A DNA stretch of 64,000 nt from Octopus sinensis (taxonomy: Eukaryota), in the NCBI RefSeq assembly GCF_006345805.1, contig NC_043004.1, positions 41,292,001-41,356,000 of the forward strand, in the 5' to 3' direction. Every line of letters begins with the position of its first letter. The first letter of the stretch is position 1. The position numbers were made by a program, and so were the translations under genes. This document shows positions 40,001-52,940 of the stretch, in pieces. The notes below the pieces were generated by a model that was not told the origin of the DNA, did not search any database, and saw only the letters and a program-made list of their open reading frames with translations.

Positions 40001-40759
40001 TACTTTATTAAACTTTGTATCTGTATGAGTATATATATAGTAAAATAGGTTCAGAAGCCGTAGAAAAGCTGTATGTACGTTCTATGTATCGTTTGCATGT
40101 TATATAACGTAATGGGACTTCATTGTCATCACTTCTGGTTTCTACCGCAATTTCGCAATTTACAGTCCCCTTTTCTGGACACTAAACTGCATGTTAACCT
40201 TTAAAACTATGATAGAATACTTGACGGTTAAATAGCAATAACAACACTCCTTTTGTTTTTATTAATATAACTGATTCATATTGACGCAGATGTATGGCTA
40301 AACCTGTCAGTTCTTGCAACTAAGACTCATTGTTTCTCTTGAGATAAAAAGACAAAATGACTTTTAGTCCTTCAACAAGGAACCGCAAACAATGTTTATT
40401 CTTATAGGTAAAGATTAGATGATTAGACAAGAAAATATTTACATTATAATCTATAAGCAACGATAAATACGACAACAATACAATAAGAAGTCTCTACGCG
40501 ATAGCTAAAAATACCTGGGAGATAAATATAAAATTTTACACACACCCACATGACAGTAGATCAGTAGTTGGTAACTGTGGGCTGAATATACGAAGGCTAA
40601 AGCACCTTTGATTAGAACTGAGGGTTAAACTCCTCCGACGACGACGACGAAATGAATCAAAAATAGGATGCCGAATACAATGTTTTGGGACTAACAACAA
40701 CGACACTGACGTGTTGTATTGAGAACTTTTTTTGAGCTGGCAGAATCGTTAGCATGCAG

Positions 40760-40986
40760 GGATCTTTTCGGTTTGAACGGCAGAATTATGACCCTAGTAT
40801 CGATCTATTGCATTTCAATCTGTTTTAGGGTTAGGGTTAGAGGTTGGGGAAGGGTATCTTTTTTTCTTCACAAATGTAAATAAACCCAATCTGTTTCTTA
40901 AACGAGGGACATATTCATACGGCACAGAATGCATTTTACCTCAATAGACGTGGGGAGAAGGGTATCTTTTTTTCTTCACAAATGTT
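40760..40986. mobile_element. Truncated and deleted GGATC-TIR MITE inserted in a SINE head
   Basis: gagctggcagaatcgttagcatgcag|ggatcttttcgg; internal segment duplicated at 40951-40986. Confidence 0.8.
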
Positions 40987-41807
40987 TTACTCAACTGGAC
41001 CCTCATAACTATCCGATGCTTTAAAAAAATCTTATTTTATTTTTATAATTAAATATTATAAAGAACTGTATAAAAAAATTGTTAAAGTATTTAGTGCATC
41101 GTTGAAGTAAAAGCAATTTATTGCACTCAGATTTCAACAACAAAGTCTTATATGGACCCCTAAGGGCCATATGAACCCCTGTTGAGAACTAGTTTAAAGT
41201 GTCACGAGCAAACTTGCAGTCCGCAGGACTTTCCAAATACCAGACCTAACGAAAAATTGCCTCGAATCTTTTTAGTAGTGCAGCCCACTTAATGATGAGC
41301 CGTGTCTCATCCGACTCTTTTCTCGAAAAAAATGGCTGCCCATGTCTAGCTTGTAGACAACCTGAATAGCTCGTCATGTAGAATACACAGAATAAAATAC
41401 GATAGGGTTTCACTTATGTAATACTCTGAGTTGAAAAACTTACCCTTAACTGAGATAATCCATGCAATTAAGAGACAAAAACTCCCTTTAGTGATGTTTA
41501 AAATCTATTTCACGTACAGAACGAATCCATGAAGATAATTCATATTCGGAGTCACTACATTTTCTCAAAATCTTTATCTACTGATCAGCTTTATAGACTT
41601 GCCGACTGAGTAGAATATGCTTTGCTAAGGAGATCTAATAAAACTAAACCACACTCGTTGCTTTCACCAACTAGCTTTAATCATCAAATCCATTCTCGTG
41701 TTGCATTTTCTCTATTTTCCAATCAGTTCAACTAATTCACCTTAGCGAAATTATGTTCCTTGCTTGATTTTAAGTTCCGGAAATTGGAACGATACAGAGA
41801 AGATTAG

Positions 41808-42227
41808 GGATCTTTTCGGTTTGAACGGCAGTTTTTTCGAGCGGTGTCTTATGAAATTGTCACCCATAATTATGACCCTAGTATCGATCTATTGCATTTC
41901 AATCTGTTTTAGGATTAGGGTTAGGGGTGAGGAGGAAGGGTATCTTTTTTTTCTTCAGAAATGTAAATAAACCCAATCTGTTTCTTAAACGAGGGACATA
42001 TTCATACGGTACAGAATGGTTTTCTTTACCTCAATAAACGTCAGTGATTGGTTGAAATTGCAGAAATTGAAGAAAAAAAACAACAAATATCTTACAGACA
42101 ATAGAATTTTCTCAATAAAGGCAAGTGAAAAAGATGTTTTATAAACACATCCTACCAGTATACGAAGTTTTAAATTTTTTAGTTACCTAGAAATTATGTT
42201 AAAAACTGCCGTTCAAACCGAAAAGAT
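41808..42227. mobile_element. GGATC-TIR MITE form A, TSD aagattag
   Basis: aagattag at 41800-41807 and 42223-42230, the latter overlapping the clipped right TIR. Confidence 0.88.
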
Positions 42228-42295
42228 TAGCATGACCCCAGAGCAAAGATGACACACAAATTTGTGCAGTGTTCCATATTCTTTTTTTATAAGTG

Positions 42296-42508
42296 CAAAC
42301 GTGGCTGTGTGGTTAAGAAGCTTGCTTCTCAACCATACAGTTTTGAGTTCGATCCCATTGCACGGCACCTTGGGCAAGTGTTTTCAACTATAGTCCCGGG
42401 CCGCTCAAAGCCTTGTGAGTGGATTTGGTAGACGGAAACTGAAAGAAGCCCATCGAGTATGCGTGTGTGTGAGTGCGTATGCGTGCATATTAACAACAAC
42501 CATTACAT

Positions 42509-42563
<55 letters not shown>

Positions 42564-42745
42564 ATGTCTATGTGTGTTTGTGCCCTCCGCTGCTTGACAA
42601 CCGATGTTGGTTTGTTTACGTCTCCACAACTAAGCGGCCCGAGAAAAAGAAACAGACACAATAAGTACCAGACTTTTTTTTTAAGTATTACATAATTATT
42701 TAGGGTCGATTTGTTCGACTAAACCCTTCGAGGCGGTACTCCAGA
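42296..42745 (+). mobile_element. SINE family W
   Basis: ggctgtgtggttaagaagcttgc...gagttcgatccc...ggcaccttgggcaagtg; internal microsatellite. Confidence 0.8.
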
Positions 42746-44165
42746 TAAGAGTCCCTCGAATGAGTGTTTGTCAACAGATAATCTCCGTAAGACGAAGACG
42801 TTATCGGCTCACTGTATTACGTTACGGGGGACTTCCCCCGTATACGTGTGAATTTAGTATGCAGCCCGTTCCTCAAGTTATATTGTTGAGACTTTAGAAT
42901 AAGCGGTTTCAGCCTCACCCCGTCCCCACCGTCACTGATTCACACTATTCAACCAACTAGGCTAGCAAGTAGCAAAGCTGTAAATCGGACCCTATTTCAG
43001 TTTTAACCGGGAAATAATCTGTTCTTGGGGAGGGTGAGGAAAATAAATGATCGCTGGAAGATGAAACTTTGCAAAACGAAATGTCACAGGCATCACGACA
43101 TTATGCGTGCGTTGTGGGTGTGCGCGCGTATGCTTATGTGTGCGTGTGGGGGTAATTCTGTATTTGTACATGTTTGTAAATGTGAAAATGTAAATGTATG
43201 TACTATGCCCATGGTGATAAATATAAAAGTTCTGGTGTATAAAATATGTGTATGTACAAATACGTATTTGTATAAATACGTGTGTTTTTATAACAATCCA
43301 TTTTTCTTGTAATTAAGTATGTTTTTTTTTAAAACAGAATAGCAGTGGGTGAGAACTGTGTATACGTGCGTGCATGCGTGCAGGTCGGGGCCGTGTCTTA
43401 AGGCAATGGCACACTAGGCTGTTTCCCATGCGACTCCCGAGTCTAGGGGCCCACTTTTGTGGTTTGCTCTCAATGAATAATTTCTATAGGGGCCCTGTGC
43501 AGTGATTTAATCGAAGTCCTATGATGCTGCTAAAAACAGTCCTTGTATGAGTGTCTGAGAGAGAGAGAGAAGAAAGAAAGAAAGAGAATGTATGTGAATA
43601 CAATCTGATTTTGAAGAATTCCTAGAATATTTATTATAATTAATTAAAAATGAAGGAGATAACCAACTAACTGACTAATAACAGAGTTTCTGAAGAGAAA
43701 TGGATAGAGCGGAATCGATAAAAAGTTACACACATTCGATAGGCTAGCACTATGTAAAACGTAATTCCACGAGCATTCGAGAGATGGTTATCTGGCAATA
43801 TAGTTCTCACCATGTGGAAACAAAACCGGACGATAAATAGTTAAACACTCACTCAAGCTATAAAGTTAGCGCAGGCATATCTCAACTTACGTCGGTAGCT
43901 GGTCCCCAAGACATGTAACTTCATTAGAAAATCGACGCAGTACGAAGAAATATTTCAAAAACTTTATTAGATTATGTGTGTTTTAATAAATGTTATGCAC
44001 ATATATGCGCATGCATTTTATTTGGATTTTGCACTTGAGTTTTGGTTCTTCGGTGTTATCTTACTTTTATGCTTTTCAACATGTTCGCTGAGACCGACAT
44101 AAACTCGGATAAAGCGATTGAAGTTGAGGTTTATTTTTTCCATTAATTTCATAACAAAAAAAAAA

Positions 44166-44604
44166 GGATCTTTTCGGTTTGAATGGCAGTTTTTAACATA
44201 ATTTCTAGGTAACTAAAAAATTTAAAACTTCGTATACTGGTAGAATGTGTTTATAAAACATCTTGGCGAAGTTTCATTGCCAACATCTTTTTCTCTTGGC
44301 TTTATTGAGAAAATTCTATTGTCTGTAAGATATTTGTTGTTGTTTTTTCTGCAATTTCTGCAATTTCAACCAATCAATGACGTCCATTGGGGTAAAAAAA
44401 ACATTCTGTGCCGTATGTATATGTCCCTCGTTTAAGAAACAGATTGGGTTTATTTACATTTGTGAAGAAAAATAGATACCCTTCCCCCCACCCTTAACCC
44501 TAAAACAGATTGAAATGCAATAGATCGATACTAGGGTCATAACTATGGTTGACAATTTCATATGACACCACTAGAAAAAACTACCGTTCAAACCGAAAAG
44601 ACCC
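44166..44604. mobile_element. GGATC-TIR MITE form A, reverse orientation, carrying a 17-bp insertion
   Basis: Consensus match; ggcgaagtttcattgcc at 44265-44281 between aacatctt repeats. Confidence 0.88.
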
Positions 44605-44911
44605 CCCCCCTCTCACCCAAAAAACCATGTTACTTGAAGTATGCCTGTACACAGCTAACCAAGAGCATTGTTAGATGTTCAAAGTTATTGTGATTACCAG
44701 TGGGCAGTTATAGAGACTTTAGGTATCTATGTGTGATTATATCATCCCGATAGAATCGATATATGATCAGTCACACTGTTGCCTACAATAAATTCAATAA
44801 GTCACTGTTACTCAACCGATTTCGTTTTTAACGATTGGAGTGACGGCTGACGGTCATATTCTATCGCTACACAGTTGGTGGTTGTTATTGTTAGTTAATA
44901 ATATACAGGTT

Positions 44912-45345
44912 AAATGTCTCTCTCTCTCTCTCTCTCTCTCCACACACACACACTCGCACGGACATAGATATACATATAAACATAGGCAACGGATGTGTGT
45001 GTATATCATATATATAATATACAAGTTAAATGTTTCTCTCTCTCTCTCTCTCTCTACTCACACACACAGACATGAATATACATATAAACGTAAGCAATGA
45101 GTGTGTGTGTTTATATATATATATATATATATACACATACACATCTCTCTCTCACTACACACACAAACACATGAATATACATATAAACATAGGCAATGTG
45201 TGTGTGTGTTTATATATATATATACACACACATCTCTCTCTCTCACTACACACACAAACACACGAATATACATATAAACATAGGCAATGTGTGTGTGTGT
45301 GTGTGTTTATATATATATATATACATACATACATACACATATATA
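44912..45345. repeat. Compound minisatellite, about 4 units of ~90-120 bp, each with (CT)n, (CA)n, (TG)n and (TA)n blocks
   Basis: Recurrent catgaatatacatataaacataggcaatgtgtg core. Confidence 0.8.
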
Positions 45346-45865
45346 TATATTTATATACACTTACATGTATGTACACATAAACATTAATCCGACGATGGCT
45401 TAGCTGGCCGAAACTTCGGAGTTACTATCAACAACATTCTTTTATACGAATAACAAATTTGTATTCTACAGATTAATGTAAAACTGTTTTTATAACTGAA
45501 CATAAAAACAAACATTAATATAGCATGTACCCATAAATATATATATGTGTGCGTGTGTACATACATATACAGAGTATACAGCCTATATATATATATATAT
45601 AATTATACATCTTTTGGAAAGAGAGCAACTTTCCCCACGACTTATAGACGACTCACGTACACACACACACACACATATATACATATATATATATATACTT
45701 AGCCACACACAAGCATATATATGGCCACACACACAGATGTATATATATATATTCCTCCTTTATATATTACCTTTTAACTTTATTTTATTTTCTCCCTCCT
45801 CCTTACCTATCTTACTAACGGCGTTCCCCGATATATATATATATATATATAATATATATATATAT

Positions 45866-45901
<36 letters not shown>

Positions 45902-46270
45902 TTAAAGGTCATTGGCTCATAAGGCTGGTTTTTTCAGATTCTGCAGCGTAGATATTACCTCATCCCTGGATGGGACACTGGTCCCTCGTAGGATTACTCA
46001 TTTTTGCCAGCTGAAATGAAGAGATTTGTTTAAAAAGAGCACAACGCATCGCCGCCTGATCCAAGAATCGAAACTACAATCTTTCGATCATGAGTGCAAC
46101 ACTCTAACCACTTTGTCACGCGCCTCCACATACACGCAACAATACACATTTACATACGCATGCTTACAACATACACACCTGTGTGTGTCTTGATGCTGTT
46201 TAATGGCAACTTTTCAATTTACGAGCATGCTTCTTCACTGAATAAACAACAGAAGCAAGCAAGAACTTAC

Positions 46271-46718
46271 CTGAAGTTTGGCGTGCGATATTTAATAACA
46301 CTAGAAGAACTCTCATCGATTTTCGTCGGAACGTTTTCAATCCCGGCTTCAATGTTTAATAACCGTATCCTACTTTCTTTAACTTTTCCGATGGATACAT
46401 GTGGATGTGGGACGGCTTCACTATAATAATCATCATAACCATTATTATAACCGCAAGTAGCACCATTGCAGCTATCACCGCCGTCATTAATAGTTGTAGT
46501 CAGACCAGATTTAAAAAGTTCAAAATTCGCGTAAACAGTCGCTATCTCTGGCGGAGAAGTGTTTTTCGACCCATTTTTCTCTACTAATAACTTTAATTTC
46601 GAAAACGGTACACAAGAATGGAACGCATTCTTTAGGACAAGCAAGACAGAACAAGATGTTGTGTTATTATCGTGGGAGTCGTTCAGTTTGGTTTCCACAT
46701 TGCCAGCGGTCAGCATAT
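46271..46718 (-). CDS. Candidate 448-bp internal coding exon of an unidentified, probably extracellular protein
   Basis: Open non-repetitive frame DMLTAGNVETK...PTKIDESSSSVIKYRTPNF; acceptor ttcactttttctacgaaag|, donor ag|gtaagt; phases 1/2; several N-x-S/T sequons; paralogous segment at 24254-24410. Confidence 0.65.
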
Positions 46719-47177
46719 CTTTCGTAGAAAAAGTGAAGCAACAAGTATGAGAAATGAGATGATAGATGTTTGTATAAAAAATATATGGTAAGCGAACTGA
46801 AACAAACAAAGTCTTCCAGCTAACCGCAAGCTTGTTAAACACATGCTAAGTTTGTACGTGGTATATGCGTGTGTGTGTGTATGCTTGTGAAAGACAGAGT
46901 AAAACAGATGGGAATGACTAAAAGAGAGAAAAAAAAAAACACGTCAACAATTGGTTGAGGAGGGAAGAGCTTGTGACAAACTGAAAGTGGAATCAACTTT
47001 CAGAAAAAAAGTTTTTTTTGTTGTTGTTTTTTAATTTACGAGAATAGGATGAACTGTGTAGTATCCTAACAGGAATGTGCGTGCTTGGTGTGAGCAGGTA
47101 TATTTATATGTGCGGGAATGTATGAGTGTGGGTGTGTGTTGCGTGAATTTGTGTGTATGAATAAATATATATATACT

Positions 47178-47515
47178 CTTTTACTCTTTACTCTTTTACA
47201 TGTTTCAGTCATTTGACTGCGGCCATGCTGGAGCACCACCTTTAGTCGAGCAACTCGACCCCGGGACTTATTCTTTTTGTAAGCCCAGTACTTATTCTAT
47301 CGGTCTCTTTTTGCCGAACCGCTAAGTGACGGGGACGTAAACACACCAGCATCGGTTGTCAAGCAATGCTAGGGGGACAAACACAGACACACAAACACAC
47401 ACACATACATACATATATATACATATATACGACAGGCTTCTTTCAGTTTCCGTCTACCAAATCCACTCACAAGGCATTGGTTGGTAAACAAGCTACTTAC
47501 CACACAGCCACTACT
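47178..47515 (-). mobile_element. SINE family W with an internal deletion
   Basis: Matches 10243-10673. Confidence 0.8.
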
Positions 47516-47994
47516 GCGCCTATACATACATATATGTACGTACGTACCTACCTCTACATGGATATATACATGCATATATGGGTACAGGACACCAAAAGAA
47601 AACGTCGAATATATATATATAAACGTAGTTCAAACAAATGAACTTTGACTGACTTTGCCTATTCGTAGAAAAAGAATCACTAACAATAAATAAAATTTAA
47701 AAAATCTAAGGAGAAAGAGAGGCACACACACTAAGAAAGACTAATAGTGTCCCATGAGAAACTAGGTGAAATCGAAACCAACCAACACACACACACACAC
47801 AATATATTTGCAAATACATATATACGGGCAGACACGCACATACACATTTCGCTGTGTATATTCTTTTAGTCTTTTTTTTTGCCGAACCGCCAATTCACGG
47901 GGACGTAAACATACCAGCATCGGTTGTCGAATGGTGGTGGGGAAAAGACACACACACACACACGTACGACGGGCTTCTTTCAGTTTCCAAAGTA

Positions 47995-48475
47995 ATACTC
48001 TTTTACTTGTTTCAGTCATGTGACTGTGGCCATGCTGGAGCACTGCCTTTAGTTGAGCAAATCGACCCCAGGACTTATTCTTTGTAAGTCTAGTACTTAT
48101 TCTATCGGTCTCTTTTGCCGAACCGCTAAGTTACGGGGACGTAAACACACCAGCATCGGTTGTCAAGCGATGTTGGGAGGACAAACACAGACACACAAAC
48201 ATATACTCACATATACATACATACATACATACATACATACATACATGTATACATACATATATATATATATATAATATATATATATATACATACATACATA
48301 TATATATATACATATATACGACGGGCTTCTTTCAGTTTCCACCTACCAAATCCACTCACAAGGCTTTGGTCGGCCCGAGGATATAGTAGAAGATACTTGC
48401 CCAAGGTGCCACGCAGTGGGACTGAACCCGGAACCATGTGGTTCATAAGCAAGCTACTTACCATACAGCCACTCC
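47995..48475 (-). mobile_element. SINE family W, full length
   Basis: Matches 10243-10673; longer internal microsatellite. Confidence 0.85.
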
Positions 48476-48665
48476 TATACCAGGAACCATGTGGTTGGAA
48501 AGCAAGTTTCTTACCACACAGCACTGCCTGTGAATTAAATATCCATTCTGCATTAATATATACATAATAAATACAATAAAAAAAAAGTATTAAGAAAGTA
48601 CAAAGGTACTGCCCCTGCATGGCCGCAGTCTAATGACTACATAAGTGTATGTGCATGTGTGTGTG

Positions 48666-48716
<51 letters not shown>

Positions 48717-48811
48717 ACAAGGGTAAAATTAATAATTAAGAAGTATCAATAATTTCACCAAGTAGAATTCGGCATGAAAAAAGGACCATTTCACGGTAAA
48801 CTTAAGTAATA

Positions 48812-49066
48812 CTTTATAATTAGGGTTCAGCAAAGATTTGCTTACCACATACCAAAGTTTAGAAATAGCAGCCAAAACCTTAGCTATTTCTTCTACTTTA
48901 AAAAGGAACTCCCAGAGAAACCAAAATACTTGAAAACAATCCACACAGGCAGAGAAAAGCAACGAAAATCAATCAATATCTGGTCATCCATGGACATGCG
49001 TTTGGCTGCTATTTCTAAACTTCGGTATGTGGTAAAGCAAATCTTTGCTGAACCCTAATTATTAAG
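48812..49066. mobile_element. MITE with ~65-bp TIRs and TA flanks (Tc1/mariner-type)
   Basis: ctttataattagggttcagcaaagatttgc...gcagccaaa inverted at tttggctgc...gaaccctaattattaag. Confidence 0.8.
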
Positions 49067-50192
49067 TATATATATATATATATATATATTTATTTATACC
49101 AAATGGCGGTGCCCCAGCATAGCCACAGCTCGTGAGCTGAAACTAGATAAAATGAAAAATGATGTGTGTGTGCGTGTGTATGTAACGTATAATTATAAAC
49201 AGGGCAAATTTTAGCCATTTTCCCACAGATGGAAAAAAAAAAACGATGAACCACCTTAATTGATTTTTGAACCTGATTGGGTTCTCATCAGAGGCGTCTG
49301 CATCATTCTGACAGTCTTCTTTAATTCTTTTACTTGTTTCAGTTATTACACTGAGGCCATACTGGAGCACTGCCCTAAAGGATTTTTTTTTAGTCAAAGA
49401 ACATTTTAGTCGACCCCAGGACTTATTCTTTGTAAGCCTAGTACTTACTCTATCAGTGTTTTTTTGCCAAAATGCTAAGTTAGAGGGATGTAAACACACC
49501 AACAGACACACATACCTTTAATATAGTTCTCAGGGAGATTCAGTGTGACACAGAATGTGACAAGGCTTCCCTTTGAATTACTACAAGTACTACTAATTTC
49601 TGCCAGCTGAGTGGACACACAGACATACATGGTTTCTATATACAGATAATGAATTTACATTTATACCAATAATAATTAGTGCATTTGGTAAATGCCTAAG
49701 TGACAGTCTGCATTAGCCAAGGTCCTCAGAAAAAGAAATCAATCAGCTAACTTGCATATCTAAAAGTACAATCTGTGAATATATGTGTGACTTTCTTAAG
49801 TTCAAAATGTGAATTCATTTTTGTTATCTGCATTCCAACGTTGAAGCTTTGTATCTTTGTTAAAAACCAGCTCCTTGCTTACAGGAAGATCTTAAGTAAT
49901 TAAAAATAAAAGAGACCATACATACATACATACATACATACATACATAAACACACACACACACACACACACAGAGCTATACACACACACACACATAGATA
50001 TATACATACATATACAGACACACACACACACTCACATGCACAAACACACACACATATATATATATATAAAACCCAATTATGCCATAACTAATTGTATTGT
50101 GCTTCCAAATTAATCCTCACCCCTACTCCTATCTACATCTGCAAAGTGTTCCTACTAACTACTACTACTACTACTACCACCACCACACCACC

Positions 50193-50229
<37 letters not shown>

Positions 50230-50533
50230 TGGAGTTAAAAGTATTTCTATCAAAGAGGCAATTATTTCATTTCATCCTAAAGAAGTTTTCTTAAAAGGCA
50301 TTGCAAAGAAGAAACTTTCGAACAACATTCTTCCTTAAAATGTCATCTGTGGAATGTCTCAGTGAAATTTTATATATATTTATCTATCTATATCTATATA
50401 CATATTCACACACACACACACACACACACATTTGTGTGTGTGTAAAATTAACTTTCAAGAAATTTGCTTATTATACTAAATGAACTGAATGTTCTCCTTT
50501 CCCCACCTCCCTCCCTCCCCCTCCCCCTCTCAA

Positions 50534-50571
<38 letters not shown>

Positions 50572-51227
50572 TTGTCTATCTTTTTATCTGCCTTGCACTC
50601 TTTCTCATTTCCTTTCTCTTCCTTCCCCTCTCTCAATCTGTGCATTCACATACATATACATACATAAAGATACATATATATACACATATAAACATAAATA
50701 CATGCACACACATATCGTCATCACCATTTAACATTCGTTGTCCACGCTATATATTAAACGGATATGAATTATACACACATACTTGAATTATATATATATA
50801 TAGACAAAACATAAATACATAAACTCACACATAACATATATTTATGAATTGTGTGTGTTGGGAAGAGCATCCAGCTGTAGAAACCATGCTAAAACAGACA
50901 CAGAAGCATGGTGCAGGCTCCCGCCTGGCCAGCCCCTCTAAAACTGTCCAACCCATGCCAGCATGGAAGATAGACATTAAACGACGATGATGATGTTGAT
51001 GATACTTACACACACACAAACACATATATACATAAAAACACACACGTCATCATCATCATCATCATCATCATCATTTTCTGTCCATTTTCCATGCTGGTGA
51101 GGGCTTAACAGAATCTGGTAAGCTGTAAGGGCACGTTAAGCTAGCTAGCTTCCTGCCTGCTTGCATGCATGTAAAACGTATGTACATACATACATACATA
51201 CATGTATTTTAGAAAGAATGAACAATA

Positions 51228-51417
51228 GGCGCTGGTGTGGGTGTGTGGTAAGTAGCTTGCTTACCAGCCACATGGTTCCGGGTTCAGTCCTGCTGCGTGG
51301 CACCTTGGGCAAGTGTCTTCTACTATAGCCTCGGGCCGACCAAAGCCTTGTGAGTGGATTTCGTAGACGGAAACTGAAAGAAGCCCGTCGTATATATGTA
51401 TATATATACATACATAC

Positions 51418-51490
<73 letters not shown>

Positions 51491-51705
51491 GATGTTTGTG
51501 TGTCTGTGTTTGTCCCCCTGGCATTGCTTGACAACCGATGCTGGTGTGTTTATGTCCCCGTCACTTAGTGGTTCGGCAAAAAGAGACCGACAGAATAAGT
51601 ACTAGGCTTACAAAGAATAAGTCCCGGGGTCGAATTGCTCGACTAAAGGCGGTGCTCCAGCATGGCTGCAGTCAAATGACTGGAACAAGTAAAAGAGTAA
51701 AGAGT
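51228..51705 (+). mobile_element. SINE family W, full length
   Basis: gtgtgtggtaagtagcttgcttacc...gggttcagtcc...; taaaagag tail. Confidence 0.85.
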
Positions 51706-52259
51706 AATCAAAATGTGAGCCCCACAGACTTTTGTCTTAGAGCCTGCTTGATATTTTCTTGAAATGGGTGACATCTATACAGTCTTCACAGCTGTTTCAG
51801 GAAATGCTGTTTATATAGTGTATATCTCATTGAGCAAAGATTTTCATATAAAATCCAACTATTCACTCTTCAGAGAGGTAAACTTAAGGAATATCCTTAG
51901 TAAAAGATATTAGTAGTTATCAGTCCCATCGTCGAAGATATGTGTGTGTCTGTGTGTGTGTGTGTGTGTGTGCGGTGTGTTTATGCACATGTGTATGCGT
52001 ATGTGTATGCATATACATATATATGTGTGTATATACATATATATATTGACTATATTTGGACAGTGCTTTTTACATGCCACTGGCACGGGGAGCCAGGCAG
52101 GCGGCACTGGCATCAACCCATGCATGGATGGTGCTTATTGTGTGCCAGCAGCACAAGAGCCAGCCAAGTGGCAGCGGCATTGGCCACAACTACAATTTCC
52201 ATTTTGATTTCGATTTGATTGAGATTCTGATTGTGATTTTGATTTTACTTGACTCAATA

Positions 52260-52421
52260 TGTCTCCTCAGTACATATATATATATATATATACATACATG
52301 CATACATACGCACATACATACATACATACATATATTACATATATATATATGTATATATACATATATGTATATGTATATATACATATATATACATGTATAT
52401 ATATATATGTATATATACATA

Positions 52422-52461
<40 letters not shown>

Positions 52462-52469
52462 AATATATA

Positions 52470-52501
<32 letters not shown>

Positions 52502-52542
52502 CATATATATACATATATATATACATATATATATATGTATAT

Positions 52543-52585
<43 letters not shown>
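52260..52585. repeat. Long (TA)n/(TATG)n microsatellite
   Basis: Visible; source of the spurious IY-rich ORFs. Confidence 0.95.
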
Positions 52586-52594
52586 TGATGACTG

Positions 52595-52940
52595 GCACCT
52601 GTGCCAGTGGAGTGCTAAGAACACCATTCGAGCGTGATCATTGCCAGAGCAGCTGACTGGCTTCCATGCCAGTGGCACATAAAAATCCCAGTGGCACGTG
52701 AAAAAACAGCATTTGAGTGCGGCCTTTGCCAGTACCACCTGACTGGCCCTCGTACCCATAGCACGTAAAAGCACCCACTACACACTCGGACTGGTTGGCA
52801 TTAGGAAGGGCATCCAGCTGTAGAAACTCTGCCAGATCAGATTGGAGACATGGTGCAGCCATCTGGTTCACCAGTTCTCAGTCAAATTGTCCAACCCATG
52901 CTAGCATGGAAAGAGGACGTGAAATGATGATGATGATGAT
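52595..52940 (+). mobile_element. SINE-like family ending ggaagggcatccagctgtagaaac...(gat)n
   Basis: The same 3' part occurs at 50862-51003 and 56163-56340. Confidence 0.75.

Noticed and set aside
40011-40181. 57-codon open minus-strand frame after a tttag
   Set aside because: Weak acceptor, no donor or homology; within chance expectation.
52056-52774. Long IY/YI/CV-rich ORFs here and at 5483, 7618, 45030, 48160, 51145 and 53888
   Set aside because: They are translations of (TA)n, (TG)n and (CA)n microsatellites, not proteins.
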